DNA of 64,000 nt. It comes from Balanoglossus misakiensis. Its lineage: Eukaryota; Animalia; Hemichordata. The notes under the pieces were generated by a model. It ran no database searches. It saw nothing but the letters and a program-made list of their open reading frames with translations, and was not told where the DNA came from. Below are positions 49,590 to 61,110 of the stretch, one piece after another. Numbering within the stretch: position 1 is the first letter of the stretch; every line of letters starts with the position of its first letter. A program made the translations under genes and the position numbers. The stretch is taken from positions 14,639,903 through 14,703,902 of the forward strand of contig CM082577.2 of NCBI GenBank assembly GCA_040954595.2, written 5' to 3'.

Positions 49590-52500
49590 GAGAAATTTGT
49601 ATAGCGCCAGTATCTATAACAAGTGTCATACTCAAAGGCGCTTGTGCTCATTGGCCCACACCATATGCTCTTGCGAAATAATGCGTCTTCAGTCTTTTCT
49701 TAAAGATACTCAAACTTGGAGCTTGACGAATGTCTTGTGGCAGAGAGTTCCACAGTTTCGGTGCAGCATGTGAGAATGCTCGGCCACCGTATGAAGAACG
49801 TTTGTACATTGTAGTGCATAAAAGGCTCTTATTAGCTGAACGAAGCCTGCGACCAGGAGAATATGTCCGAATGAGATCGCGGATATAGTTCGGAGCGAGA
49901 TTATTTAAGGCTTTGTATGTGAGCAGATTAATTTTATACTCTATCCTGTGGCGAACTGGTAACCAATGAAGAAGTTGAAGAACTGGCGTTATATGGGCAG
50001 ACTTCCTGGACCGAGTTATGATTCTTGCAGCTGTATTTTGTGTGCGTTGTAGAAGGTTCAGACTGCTTTCTGGTATACCATACAGTAATGCATTACCATA
50101 GTCGAGTTTCGCTGCCAAAATAGCATGAATCACTGTTTGACATGTTGCTTTGTTAAGAAATTTCCTGATTTGTCCGACACGGCGAAAGTGGTAATATATT
50201 GATTGACAAGTTTTCTTGATGTGATCTTTATACATGTGCGTATTGTCAAATATTACACCAATATTGCGAGCTGATTTAACGACGGGAACAGAGCTTGAAC
50301 CAATGGTAATCTTGTCAATAGCATCAGCAGACTTATGAAATTGTGAACGAATAAGTAGAATCTCAGTTTTGGAGTCGTTGAGTTGAAGCTTGTTTTGGGT
50401 CATCCAGTCCTTAAGATCACGGATACAGGCCTCAATGGATACTATAGCGGAAGATGAATCGGTGTGAGAGAAGGCAAGGTAAATCTGATTGTCATCTGCA
50501 TATTGATGGAATTTTAGGTTGTGCTGACGAATAAGCTTTCCCAACGGAGAAATATAGATTGTGAACAAAATGGGGCCAAGAACTGAACCCTGTGGCACTC
50601 CAAAACGAACATGTGATGGTTGACTGGTGATCTTGTCTATTATTATGGATTGGTCTCGATTTTTGAGGTAGGATGCAAACCACTCGAGTGCCATATCAGT
50701 AATGCCAAGACTGGATAGCCTTCTTAACAGTATATCGTGGTCGATGGTGTCGAAGGCAGCCGATAAATCCAAGAGAATAAGGAGTACACATTTTCCAGAA
50801 TCGATGGCTAAGCAGATGTCATTGTGAACTTTTAGTAGAGCTGTTTCGGTGCTATGATACTTCCTGTATGCAGACTGCAATGGTTCCATTAGTGAATTCG
50901 TGGTGAGATATGTATTGAGTTGAAAGGCAATGATCTTCTCGAGGACCTTTGACAGAAATGGCAGGTTAGAAACTGGTCGATAGTTTTTAAGTATGTTATT
51001 ATCCAGGGTGGTCTTTTTGATTAGTGGTGTAACAACTGCATGCTTGAAGGATTGTGGAACGTCACCTGATTGTAGAGAAAGATTTATTGTATTGGTCACG
51101 AATGGTAGCAGCACATCCAGGCTCTCTTTAAGTAGTGAAGTTGGAATCGGGTCAAGGCAGCAGGATTTCGTTGGAGACTTTGTGATGATGTGAAGTACTT
51201 GTTGACTATCAACTGGCTGAAAAGTATTCAGAGTAGCACCGCTGTGCGCTTCTAAGTCGTTGAATTTGGTGGATATTTTGCTATTGTCCAAGGTGATACG
51301 AATGTCATCAATTTTCTGAATAAAATACTGGCTGAACCGATCTAAAAGTTCTGTAGTTGACGTATGATTTGGAAGCTGTCTTGGGTTGCTGAACAATGTT
51401 GAAATTGTCCGGAATAAAGATTTCTGATCTTTGGCATTTTCCTCTATAAGATTGGTGTAGAAGTTGCACTTGGTCTTACGTATCAGGCTGTTGACTTGAC
51501 AACAATTTTCCTTGTAAATTTGGTAGTGTATTTCTAGCCTTGTATTCCTCCATTTCCGTTCTGCAGATCTACGCTGTCTCTTTGCCTGATCTATCTCACT
51601 GGTATACCACTTTGCATTTGGACGATCAACGATGATGCGTGTCCTAAGAGGTGCGTGCTTATTAAGCAAATTAGACAGGTTGGTATTATATGTTGAAATG
51701 GCAGACTGCACGCTAGATGGCGGTTGACATAATTCAGGGATTGAGGCTATGTCATCTCTAAAATCACTTGTAGAGATTGCTGATATCTGGCGATATGTCA
51801 CTTCACGTCTGGTAATGGGTGGCTTTGGAAACACCAATTTCGCATGGACTGGACTATGATCGGAGATATTGTGGGCATCAACAAAAATGGAATCAACAAC
51901 TTTATCAGAATTTGTGATAACAAGGTCTAAGGTGTGTCCACGTAGATGGGTTGGTTCATGAACCCACTGAGTGAGACCACATGAATCAACAATGTCAGTG
52001 AACTTCGTGGCATCAGAGTTGCGTGGGTCATCAACAGAAAAGTTGAAATCACCAACGATGAAAAGATGATCAAATGATACACATTTCTCCATGGTGGTAC
52101 CAAACTCTGACAGAAACTGCGAAACAGTGAATTTGTTTTTGACGTTGGGCGGTGGACGATATACGATAACAAGTCTGAGAGAAATGCCCATGTATACCAG
52201 GGTGGCAATTGTTGCTTCAAACGATTTAATATTCTTCATCGGTATCCAGGATGAGAGCTTTATAGATGACTTATAAATGAGTGCGATTCCACCACCGGGT
52301 GATGTATTACGTGGTGTATGCTTGAATGAGTATCCTCTGGGAGCACACTCATTGATAATATGGTCGTCTGCTACTTCTTTCATCCATGTTTCTGTCAATG
52401 CTAGTAAATCAATGTCCTTTTCAATTATGTAATCACCGACTTCAGTGGCTTTGTTACAAACAGATCTAACATTCCAAGTCTTTTGAAAGGATAGATTCAA

Positions 52501-55500
52501 GAGCCTTTTTCATCGTAAAGAGACTTCGGCATTTCCGATGGTACTGCACCTGAGGAATTTCACCTTCGCCCAAACCAATGGCGAGGTCCTGAATTGGTCT
52601 GTATTTTTGTATGTTCGCTGTATTCAGCAAAGTTATCCAGGAGGCGTGATCTTGTAGAGTAACGAGGCTTGCTTTATGGTCGGATTCATGACAGTCGAGA
52701 AAACAATGCCGTCGAGCCCTCTTGTGTGGAATAGAAGATGGGCTTGCCATTTTTTATTTATTATACTGGACCTGAATATAAATAGATCATGCTCATGTTG
52801 TGTTGAGGAAAAAAAATAAGCAGATTTTTGAACCTTTGCTTGGCTTGTCATCTGCTGTGCCTGTACACTGTAGAATGGTATCCAACAATAATACACAATC
52901 AGAGCTACAATGCTATAATGGCCCCTTCTCGTAGTATTGTTAGGAATCATCATACAAGTACAGTGCACATGAGCAGCATGCAAAGGTTCACAAATCTGCA
53001 CATCCGTTCTCCTAAACACCATATGTGCATGATCAGTTGGGTGTATACTTACCTGTTAGATGGCCAAACCTACCCCAAAATCCGTGGGAAATTGTTTGTT
53101 ATTATCCCGTTTCTCTACTAATTTTTTTCTGATTGTAATTGAATAATAAGGTCTTCAATTGGTTCGGGAAAAAAATGGTGTAGAGTATTTTATCTCATAA
53201 ATGACAATTGAAGACTTGGGTTTAAAAAATTAATGCGGGAAATGTTCGTACCATAATTTTTCGAAATTACCCAAATCTTGTGATCTTTTGACCTCTTTGA
53301 CCTAAATTCAGAACAAAATTGCAACAAATACATATACAATCGCTAGAGTGCTAAAAAAACACACAATTTGAGTGTTCTGGGTTTATTTTTGCCGGAGTTA
53401 CAAGAACTTAAGTTTCCCCTACCCTTAAATCTGAGTGGAAAATTGGATGTCTTTCTGTCGTTTCTCCTTATTTGTGTTTTTCTGGTCATAAATGAATAAT
53501 AAGATTTTCTATTGGTTTGAAATACATTCTGGGAGAGTATTTTATCTTCTGAATGACATTTAAAGACTTAAGTTCAAAACTATCGTTCAAGAAATAGTCA
53601 TACTACAAATTTTCAGAATGACCCAAATTTCATGACCTTTTGACCTCTATTGACCTCAATTCAAAACGAATTACCACCAAAATATATTATATTGGTAGAG
53701 TTCTAAAAAACACACAATTTGAGTGGTAAATGACTGTTCTGGCTTTAGTTTTGCTGGAGATACAGCAATTTAAAGTTCCCCTACCCCCAAATTTTGGGTC
53801 GGAAATTTTTATGTTCTTACATTAGTTTTTGAGGGAAAAAATGCAGATAGCTACTCGATAGGCAGGGCTATCACCCCAATTTATAATCTAGAGATATAGG
53901 CCTTTCCAAAAAACCACATGAGGCTTTGTCCATCTTTCTGATACCAATTCATGAAAAATCGGGTCCTGGCCCATGGACTAAATGTATAATCAGTAATATG
54001 AATAGCTCTGGTATGACAAAGTCTACAATGGAGATAAAGAGAGAATAGAAAAAGACAGAATACAGTTATTGTATTGTCTATCTTTGCAAATAATCTACAC
54101 TGACTACAGTACTGATTTAGAAATACTGACCTGTCAAGAGCTATCATCAGTGAATTAGCACTTCTAGTGTTCATATTGCAATGTCTTGCAGAAGTCAAGT
54201 CTTGGTTTTGACCAGAATGATTTCTAGAATAAATCAAAGTAAGACTTAAATGGACACCTGGTCCAAATTTTAAAAGAGAACTTACGCTAGATTTTAGAGT
54301 TAAAACCAAGAAATGTGGTTAAAATCATGTAGTTAAAAACTTTGGTTTTACCCTCTTTCAGATGGATGTACACGCGGACACACACACACACACACACACA
54401 GACACAACAGTCTATGCCACAAGGTGCTCAAAAAAGTGTTTCAGCTAGACAGGGCAATGGGGCAATTCCCCCTCTGTTGGCACCCCCTAGCAATTTGCCA
54501 AGGGGCAGCCAACCTATCATGAAATGATGTCAGTCACACCTTGGAGATAGACAACAGTATATTCTTTTTCAAAAGAATTTGTTGAAGTCCCCCCTTACCG
54601 GAGTAGAATCCCCTCAAATATTCTGGCAAAGGGGGGCAATCCCCCCCTGGTGATGCCGACCTGGATGAAACACTGTCATTATTGATGTACAACCTGGTGT
54701 TATTTTCCCTATGGGCAAAGAAGTCTCCACCAGTAATGGAAGGCGAAAACCAGTTAGCAAGTTTTTACAGGACAGAGTATCGTGCCTCAAGGAAATTCAT
54801 CCAGGATTCCACAATATCAAACAAGTGAGAACTAAGAAATTCTCTGGCTGTCTGCATGTTGAGTACATGTAGTTGAGAAACAGTCACAAACTGATGGTCT
54901 GTTATTTCTGTCACTTCTCAATTGTAAAGAAAGTATTATCTACCTCTTCTAAATGAGTGACTGCAGTAAAATAAAGTGAAAATCCTGCAAGATTTAACAA
55001 AAACCGTAAGCTTTCTTGGAGCTGAATTCATGTAACAAGATTAGCTACAAAATGTCCTCTGCACATTGATAATTCAATAGGTGACTACATAGTAACTTAT
55101 TCAGCTGATTCATAACAGATCAGTTATTTGTAAAAAGTAATACACATGCACACATTACATGCATATCGATTTTGCCCAATTCCATAATTGCTAAAAGCAA
55201 CTGTTATTAAAACTTATTTCCTGATTTTATTCCACTGATATTACATTTTCAATCGAACAAGCTTTACCAAAAATAAAGGTGGAAAACTAACCGTCTCAGT
55301 GTACTTGATTGCCTTGCTCTGTGTGTAGTTCTTTCAGGACTGCTTATTTGAACTGGAATCAGATCTCTGAAATGTCAATGATTGTAATTTATCAAACTAT
55401 TACTAGTAATCTACAATAACCTTCAACATTTTATTGTAAAATTTATAATTTGTAGCGGATGTTTTGCTCGACCCATGATTGGTAGGTTCTGAGTACAAAT

Positions 55501-57242
55501 TGTGTCCAAACAGGGGTTGACCCCTATCCATGGTGTAAAGACGCCAGATTCCTTTGCTTCGCTTGGACAAGTAAGTTTCCTTAAATTTGGTACAACCACA
55601 TGAATAGACACTGCCAGACGTCCTACAGCGCCATCATAGCTTTGTATGATCAACATCTGTAGTAGGTGTCGTCAAATTTGAGACTGATTTGATATATAAC
55701 TCTAATTGCAAAAAAACATATGCAAATTACAAATTAATTGAAAAGACACTTGTAAATGTCTTTCAATATACATATATCGATGGACTCTTCATAATTTACA
55801 CCATCCTTTCTCTTTTAAAATGTGTATATTAAATATGCCTACCTGTCACTATCCTCATCATCTTCTAGTTCTACCACCTCAAGTCCTCTGCATGCATCAA
55901 TATGGTCCCTTAGCTGGGAAAATGGAATCTGTACATTACACTTACTGCACATTTCCCTGGGAGCATTATTTATAGCCTATAAAATATAATTAAGTGCATT
56001 TCAAACAAAACCATTTCAACATTTAAAATAGCAGAGAAATTGTTTACATTATAACTTTTGCAAAATGAAAAAACTTTACAGTGAAAACAACCTAATATTT
56101 GACGATGAGATTGTTCCAGATATTGTTAGGTTTGTAGTTTAGGTTAGGTAATTTGTTCCTAAATATTCTGAACTTGTTTCAAATATTGCCTACTAGCTGT
56201 ATGTTCTCAAAGACAAAACTACTAGTAATAAACACTACAACAAACTCCAGACACATGCCTGCCTGTCAGTTGCCTCTGTGTAATTAGTGAGATCTTATCA
56301 CGGTGTTGATTACCAGATGTAACTATGTAACTACATGTATAAACATGTGTTACAACACTGGTATCTGCAATAATAGGTGGTCTCAAAATTTACAAGCAAA
56401 CTTTTACATTAAGTTGTAAAAATGACATCAAAGAAACCTTATTGGAGTCCCAGCAACTGCTGCAGGTTTATGGCATGCATAGCATATTAGTATAGCCATG
56501 AAAAGAAACACAAAATACTCACCGAAATTGTACTGGCCATATCTGATGGTGTAGTAATTGGCATTACTGGTGTTCCTTCGAGGTCGTTTTGTAAAGGGCG
56601 TATATACAGCTTAGCTTGCCCAGCCTCAGTGTTTAAACACATTTGTGTGTACCCCTCGGGTGGACAAGGTATTACAACTAATCGTCTGCTTCCTGGGTAT
56701 GCACGACATATCTCATAGCCACCACCTTCGCTCAATTTTGGATATTCGTCAAGGAGCAAGTCATGAACCTCGGTAGCTGTACTACCAATAGGTATCGAAA
56801 TTCTCCGCTCACCTAGTCCAACTTTGGACAAATCGGACCGCTGCTTCGGAGTTGGACACCACTCACACTTGGTACTGTCCACGCACACCCATACACGAGT
56901 CCAAGTTGGTGATACTGTGGATCTGCCTCTATTATTACTACTACTATCTACTCGCTGCTCGCTGCGAGATCTAAATCTCGGACGATGGCTCCGCCGACGT
57001 CCCGCTCCAATTACGGCATTTCTGGCAAAATTGTCGTGGAATTCACGAACAATATCACTGCTTCTGCTTCTTGGTGGTCGATCGATGTTTAGCTCAGCTT
57101 GACCAACACTGCTGTTGTTGTCAACAGTTGCCACATTATGGCCGCTATCACGATGCGTATTAACATTCTCAAGGAGTGTGGCCGCACTATTTATCGCATC
57201 CCGACAGGCCCTAACCGCTTCTACGAGTCTATTGTCTGCCAT
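42237..57242 (-). CDS. G2E3-like HECT E3 ubiquitin ligase with UBZ-like zinc finger; exons 56523-57242, 55843-55976, 55292-55366, 54131-54223, 46333-46431, 44657-45170, 43715-43955, 42683-42844, 42237-42517 (~772 aa)
   Basis: HECT N-lobe RINILRSNFW..KVSFIGESAVDDGGPRREF; YSPSGSNNRTQEE; C-lobe LADILSFFTGAHSIPPLGF..PTSNTCANTLRLP..DFGNV* with catalytic Cys. CSKC-x12-HIDAC finger in exon 2. All junctions GT-AG, phase-compatible, no stop. The small middle exons are less certain. Confidence 0.88.
43063..43488. mobile_element. MITE in HECT gene intron
   Basis: CAATCTCCAC..TAACCTAGCTAGGGAGT mirrored by ACTCCCTAGCTAGGTTA..GTGGAGATTG. Confidence 0.7.
48340..49230 (+). pseudogene. Academ-like transposase N-terminal remnant (inverted copy at 49242-49545 and 52485-52750)
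   Basis: QYHRKCRSLFT, ICLFC, RELVAAEGHYHRKCYRDYT motifs; several frameshifts. Confidence 0.7.
49552..52478 (-). mobile_element. L2/Crack-like LINE, truncated at the ORF2 start, (TTGA)n tail
   Basis: Tail reads (TCAA)n at ~49551-49589 on +; probable TSD TCTTTT at 49546-49551 and 52479-52484; interrupts the right arm of the foldback. Confidence 0.9.
49648..52478 (-). CDS. LINE ORF2, APE endonuclease plus reverse transcriptase, uninterrupted ~940 aa
   Basis: WNVRS, LTETW, GDFN, SDH, YRPVSNL, DLSAAFD, GVPQGSVLGP, QYADD, LHWLPV..GRAFSHAAPKLWNSLP. The first ~7 codons of the ORF track come from the flank. Confidence 0.93.
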
Positions 57243-57327
57243 AGTTCATTTCAGCCTTCACTGTTTACCCACCACGCGTGCTGTTTCCAAGACTGTCGTC
57301 GGCCACGGCCCGCGAAACTTTCATACC

Positions 57328-57859
57328 GTCGCCATTTTGTGCAATGAATGCTGGGTACCGGGCAAGAGTTCAAATAATAAAGTAGGTCAGATAATGTCGA
57401 GCGAACCAAATAATGGCCGAGGTAATGGTCGAGGTAATGTCGAGACCACGACATAAATACCAAATAACCAAATAATGACATAATAGCATAATAATGATGA
57501 GAAAACTTCCAAATAAAGACATCGGTACTGAATAATGACATAATAACGGCCAAATAACGAAATAACGGCATAATAATGACCGAGGTAATGTCGAGCGAAC
57601 CAAATAATGGCCGAGGTAATGTCGAGACCACGACATAAATACCAAATAACCAAATAATGACATAATAGCATAATAATGATGAGAAAACTTCCAAATAAAG
57701 ACATTAATACTGAATAATGACATAATAACGGCCAAATAACCAAATAACAGCATAATAATGGCCAAGGTAATGGCCAAATAATGACATAATAGCATAATAA
57801 TGATGAGAAAACTACCAAATAAAGACATCAGCTATTTTTGGCGGTGTTCTCACCCCATA
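57328..57859 (-). repeat. Right TIR
   Basis: Reverse complement of 35632-36176. Confidence 0.95.
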
Positions 57860-58142
57860 CTTTCATTGATGGACCCAGGCCTTCATAAACTGTTATTTTA
57901 GCTTTTCTGCCAGCGTGGCCTCCTTCGATCGCGTTCAAGCGCAAGCGCAGCAGGAAGTTCCCAGGGATAGAATCCTGCTGGAGACTGACGCCCCACACCT
58001 AGCCCTGCACGGGAGCCAACGATTTAATTCTCCTGTGTTTCTGGGTGAGGTGGCCCGGGAAGCAGCCCAGGTGTGAGGTGTAGCGGTAGAAGAGCTGTCG
58101 GAGGCCGCGGCCAACAATACCCGGCGCCTGTTCCTTTTTTAA
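57860..58142 (+). pseudogene. TatD-family DNase, 3' part
   Basis: CYFSFSA..EVPRDRILLETDAPHL..NSPVFLGEVA..EELSEAAANNTRRLF; two in-frame stops. Confidence 0.85.
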
Positions 58143-58399
58143 AGGAAGAGGTGGGGATTATGGGAACTTACTGTTTGGGATGGGGGTACCAGGGGTTTTA
58201 CCTGAAAAGCCAAATATAGGCGGAGGACGGGACCTAGCTGGGGAATTTGTATTCAGAAACAGGGAAAAAACAAACAAACAGGCCAGTGGGGCATACCCAG
58301 CTGGACATTCTATTTTTCCATTTGTTTTTGTTGTGTTCTTGTTATGTTATGTTATCCCCCGGTGTTTTAGGGGAAGAAGACGAAGCCCTTTAAAATATG

Positions 58400-58612
58400 G
58401 TGGGGAGGAGTGTTGTGGATCTGCACACGACCCACAATGACATCATCGATCCTACGCACCCCTTGGGCGAATATGGTTTATTCCTACTCTTTCGAGGAGC
58501 CCAGCTGAGCAACACGCCTTATCTACAAACTCCAAGAGATCTACAAACTTAACCAAAACCTTCGACTAGTATCCTTTATAACTCTAAAGGTGAGCAATCG
58601 GCTTTCACAACA
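58400..58612 (+). mobile_element. Polypurine tract and probable 3' LTR of the TatD-bearing element
   Basis: GGGGAGGAG followed directly by TGTTGTGGATCT at 58411. The end is ambiguous (AGATCTACA at 58545 or CACAACA at 58612). No partner LTR in the window. Confidence 0.45.
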
Positions 58613-59610
58613 ATATCATATCTGCATCACACCATCATTACTGTATGGAACTCAAAACAGTCAAAACTGATAGAAGAAATGGCATTATTCTCCCATAGTA
58701 CTTGGAGGAGATGGGCGGGCTGACAGTCCGGGCCATTTAGCCAAATATGGCCTTTATACAGCCATGGAGCTGCAGACTAAGAAGATACTTGATCTACAGC
58801 CTGTACAGGTAAGGACTTGTGACTCAATGTAATTAATAAAATAACGATAATGCTCCGGTTTATAACATGAAGAAGATTAAAAATGAGGACACACACACAT
58901 CGGATAGGTTAGTCGAAGTACCTATACTTGTTTGACTGTTTGTTTGTTTCTCTGCCTTCATTCATTCATTTATAAATTTATATTTACTTTCTTTCTTTAT
59001 GTTTCAACCATCAGTAAAATGAAGTAAATGGCAGTTACCATATGGAGAAAGAGGGTTCGAAGCGATGTTACAAGTTTCTGAAAGAGAAAGGAATTATGTC
59101 GGAGAAATGATCACTGACAGACATAGACAAATTGCCAAATATATACGGGAGCAACTTTGTGAAGCACAGCATTATTATAATGTATGGCATGTTGTGAAAG
59201 GTAAATAAAGTGATATTGACATGGTAATACAAACGGTGTTCAATATTATGTTGTTTTTTATATATAAATAGGTGTGTTACATGTCTGAAAATTCTAATGA
59301 TGAGATGTATGCCTTTCATACAGTTTTTAGTTGAATAATGATACATTCCATGTATGTTGATAATTTCAGGAATACAGTAAAAATTAAAGTCACTAGCAAA
59401 GATGTTGGCAAATGGATCCGTAGTATAACAAATCACTTGTATTGATATGCGACGTCTATTGAAGACGATGATGGTGAGGTGATGGAAGCAGAATGGCTAT
59501 CGCTGGCAAACCATATACAGGATATAAATTTAGGGCATAGTGAACTCTTCATTGAGTGCACCCACGGCCCTCTGAGAGGCAGAGAAAGGAGGAAAAATGG
59601 CTTAAACCAG
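58545..59610 (+). pseudogene. Kolobok-type DDE transposase remnant, 3 exons
   Basis: GGDGRADSPGHLAKYGLYTAME..Q|; NEVNGSYHMEKEG..TDRHRQIAKYIRE..YNVWHVVKG|; KWIRSITNHLY..EWLSLANHI..ECTHGPL. Stops and frameshifts present. Confidence 0.75.
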
Positions 59611-60767
59611 GTAAATTCCAATCCTTTCTTTGGTTCAAATTCTGTACCTGTTGCAAAAATGTTGCACTCTAGTTCTAGACCTGTCAATCACTCTAGTTGT
59701 AGCAAAGTAATCAACACCTTGAACAAAAGGCATCACTCTGTGGGGGCTAATTGACAGGTGTTGCAGCAGTATTTAAGGGTAGAGGTGTTAAGCTTGCCTT
59801 GTTAATGGCTTGCCATAAAGGAGTTGCCATAGTTTTTACGGAAATGTAACAGAAGGAAATAGGCATTAGACAATTGTGGCAGCAAACTTTGCTACAACTA
59901 ACAATAGTTCCTGTAGGGTTGCAGCAGGGTTGACGTACTAGTTGCCATATTCAGCAATGTACAAATAGTCGTACTATGCTTTTGTAACTGTATATTCGCT
60001 GGTGATTTTAGTTTCTTTATTTTCACGAGAATACAAAAAAGAAGAAAATGTGTATGTATCAGAACCTCATGGTTAGAGAGCAAGCTTGCTGTACCAGCAG
60101 CATTTCACTCGTGTTTGCACTGTCAATGATCACAAGGACAGTGACTGAAAGCTGCTGAATACCCCACAAGCACTCATCCAAAATACAGCTGGTACAGCAC
60201 ACTTAATTGTGAATGGAATTTTTCCTACCACTTATTCAGGTTTTGCTTTTATTTGCAGTAAAACAGACCTATGGTAGGGAGAGGGGGTTTTATGGGGATA
60301 ACACATTTAGACCGTTGTGGTGGCCGTCCGATATTGCTTTTGCTTCACCAACATCAAAAACAGGTAATCAAACCATCCGTTTAATCTGATTATATTCAAA
60401 ATAGACTCTAGAAACTTGTTTTTATTTTTTTTTTCTTATAATTCTGAGGACAGTGCAGAGAAAATTTTCAATTTTCATACCAGTACAAAACGAGTATTTT
60501 TTTCGGGAAAAGATGTGATAAAATTTTATCTACAATGTATCTCTGAGTAATATCCACAGGATTTCAAATAGACAGCTAGTGCCTTTCTTTTCTTTTCTTT
60601 TGTTGAAATATGGCTGATTTCCATAATGTGTACTTGTCAAGTAACGAACTGTCAAAGTTTTCAATAAACGATCATGTATCTGAGAATTAATGTATTTATG
60701 TGTATCTTTTTTATAGGTGATCGACCAAATCGTCGCCAGCTATTGGAGATAGTGTTGGGAATAATTG

Positions 60768-61110
60768 GACAGCCATCACAGCATCCCACACCAGCCACAC
60801 AACCATCACAGCATCCCACACCAGCCACACAGCCATCACAGCATCCCACACCAGCCACACAACCATCACAGCATCCCACACCAGCCACACAGCCATCACA
60901 GCATCCCACACCAGCGACACAGCCATCACAGCATCCCACACCAGCCACACAGCCATCACAGCATCCCACACCAGCCACACAACCATCACAGCATCCCACA
61001 CCAGCCACACAACCATCACAGCATCCCACACCAGCCACACAACCATCACAGCATCCCACACCAGCCACATGCACAACCATCACAGCATCCCACACCAGCC
61101 ACATAACCAT
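60768..61110. repeat. 30-bp minisatellite, ~11 copies
   Basis: ACA(G/A)CCATCACAGCATCCCACACCAGCCAC in tandem. Confidence 0.95.

Larger units (their letters stand above)
46742..53980. mobile_element. Academ-derived foldback element (two inverted copies of the 5' end) in HECT gene intron
   Basis: Ends TAGTCCATGGGCCAG / CTGGCCCATGGACTA; 3-bp TSD AAT (46739-46741, 53981-53983). Left arm 46742-~48825 mirrored by 49242-49550 plus 52485-53980; ~360-bp subterminal repeats. Confidence 0.85.
35632..57859 (+). mobile_element. Complete 22,228-bp IS3EU-type DNA transposon carrying transposase and HECT E3 ligase genes
   Basis: TATGGGGTGAGAACACCGCC...GGCGGTGTTCTCACCCCATA; ~530-bp TIRs; TSD CTTTCA at 35626-35631 and 57860-57865. 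Removing it rejoins the TatD frame. Confidence 0.95.

Noticed and set aside
54944-54960. 17-nt micro-exon of the HECT gene
   Set aside because: It has AG/GT borders but would shift the frame and create a stop in the next exon, so it was left out of the model.
42237-57242. Host G2E3 ortholog
   Set aside because: No N-terminal PHD/RING fingers seen, and the gene lies wholly between TIRs with a TSD; no gene symbol assigned.
35632-57859. Polinton/Maverick or endogenous virus, suggested by size, long TIRs and 6-bp TSD
   Set aside because: No protein-primed DNA polymerase, packaging ATPase, capsid or protease ORFs, and no AG-repeat termini. The size comes from introns and nested elements.
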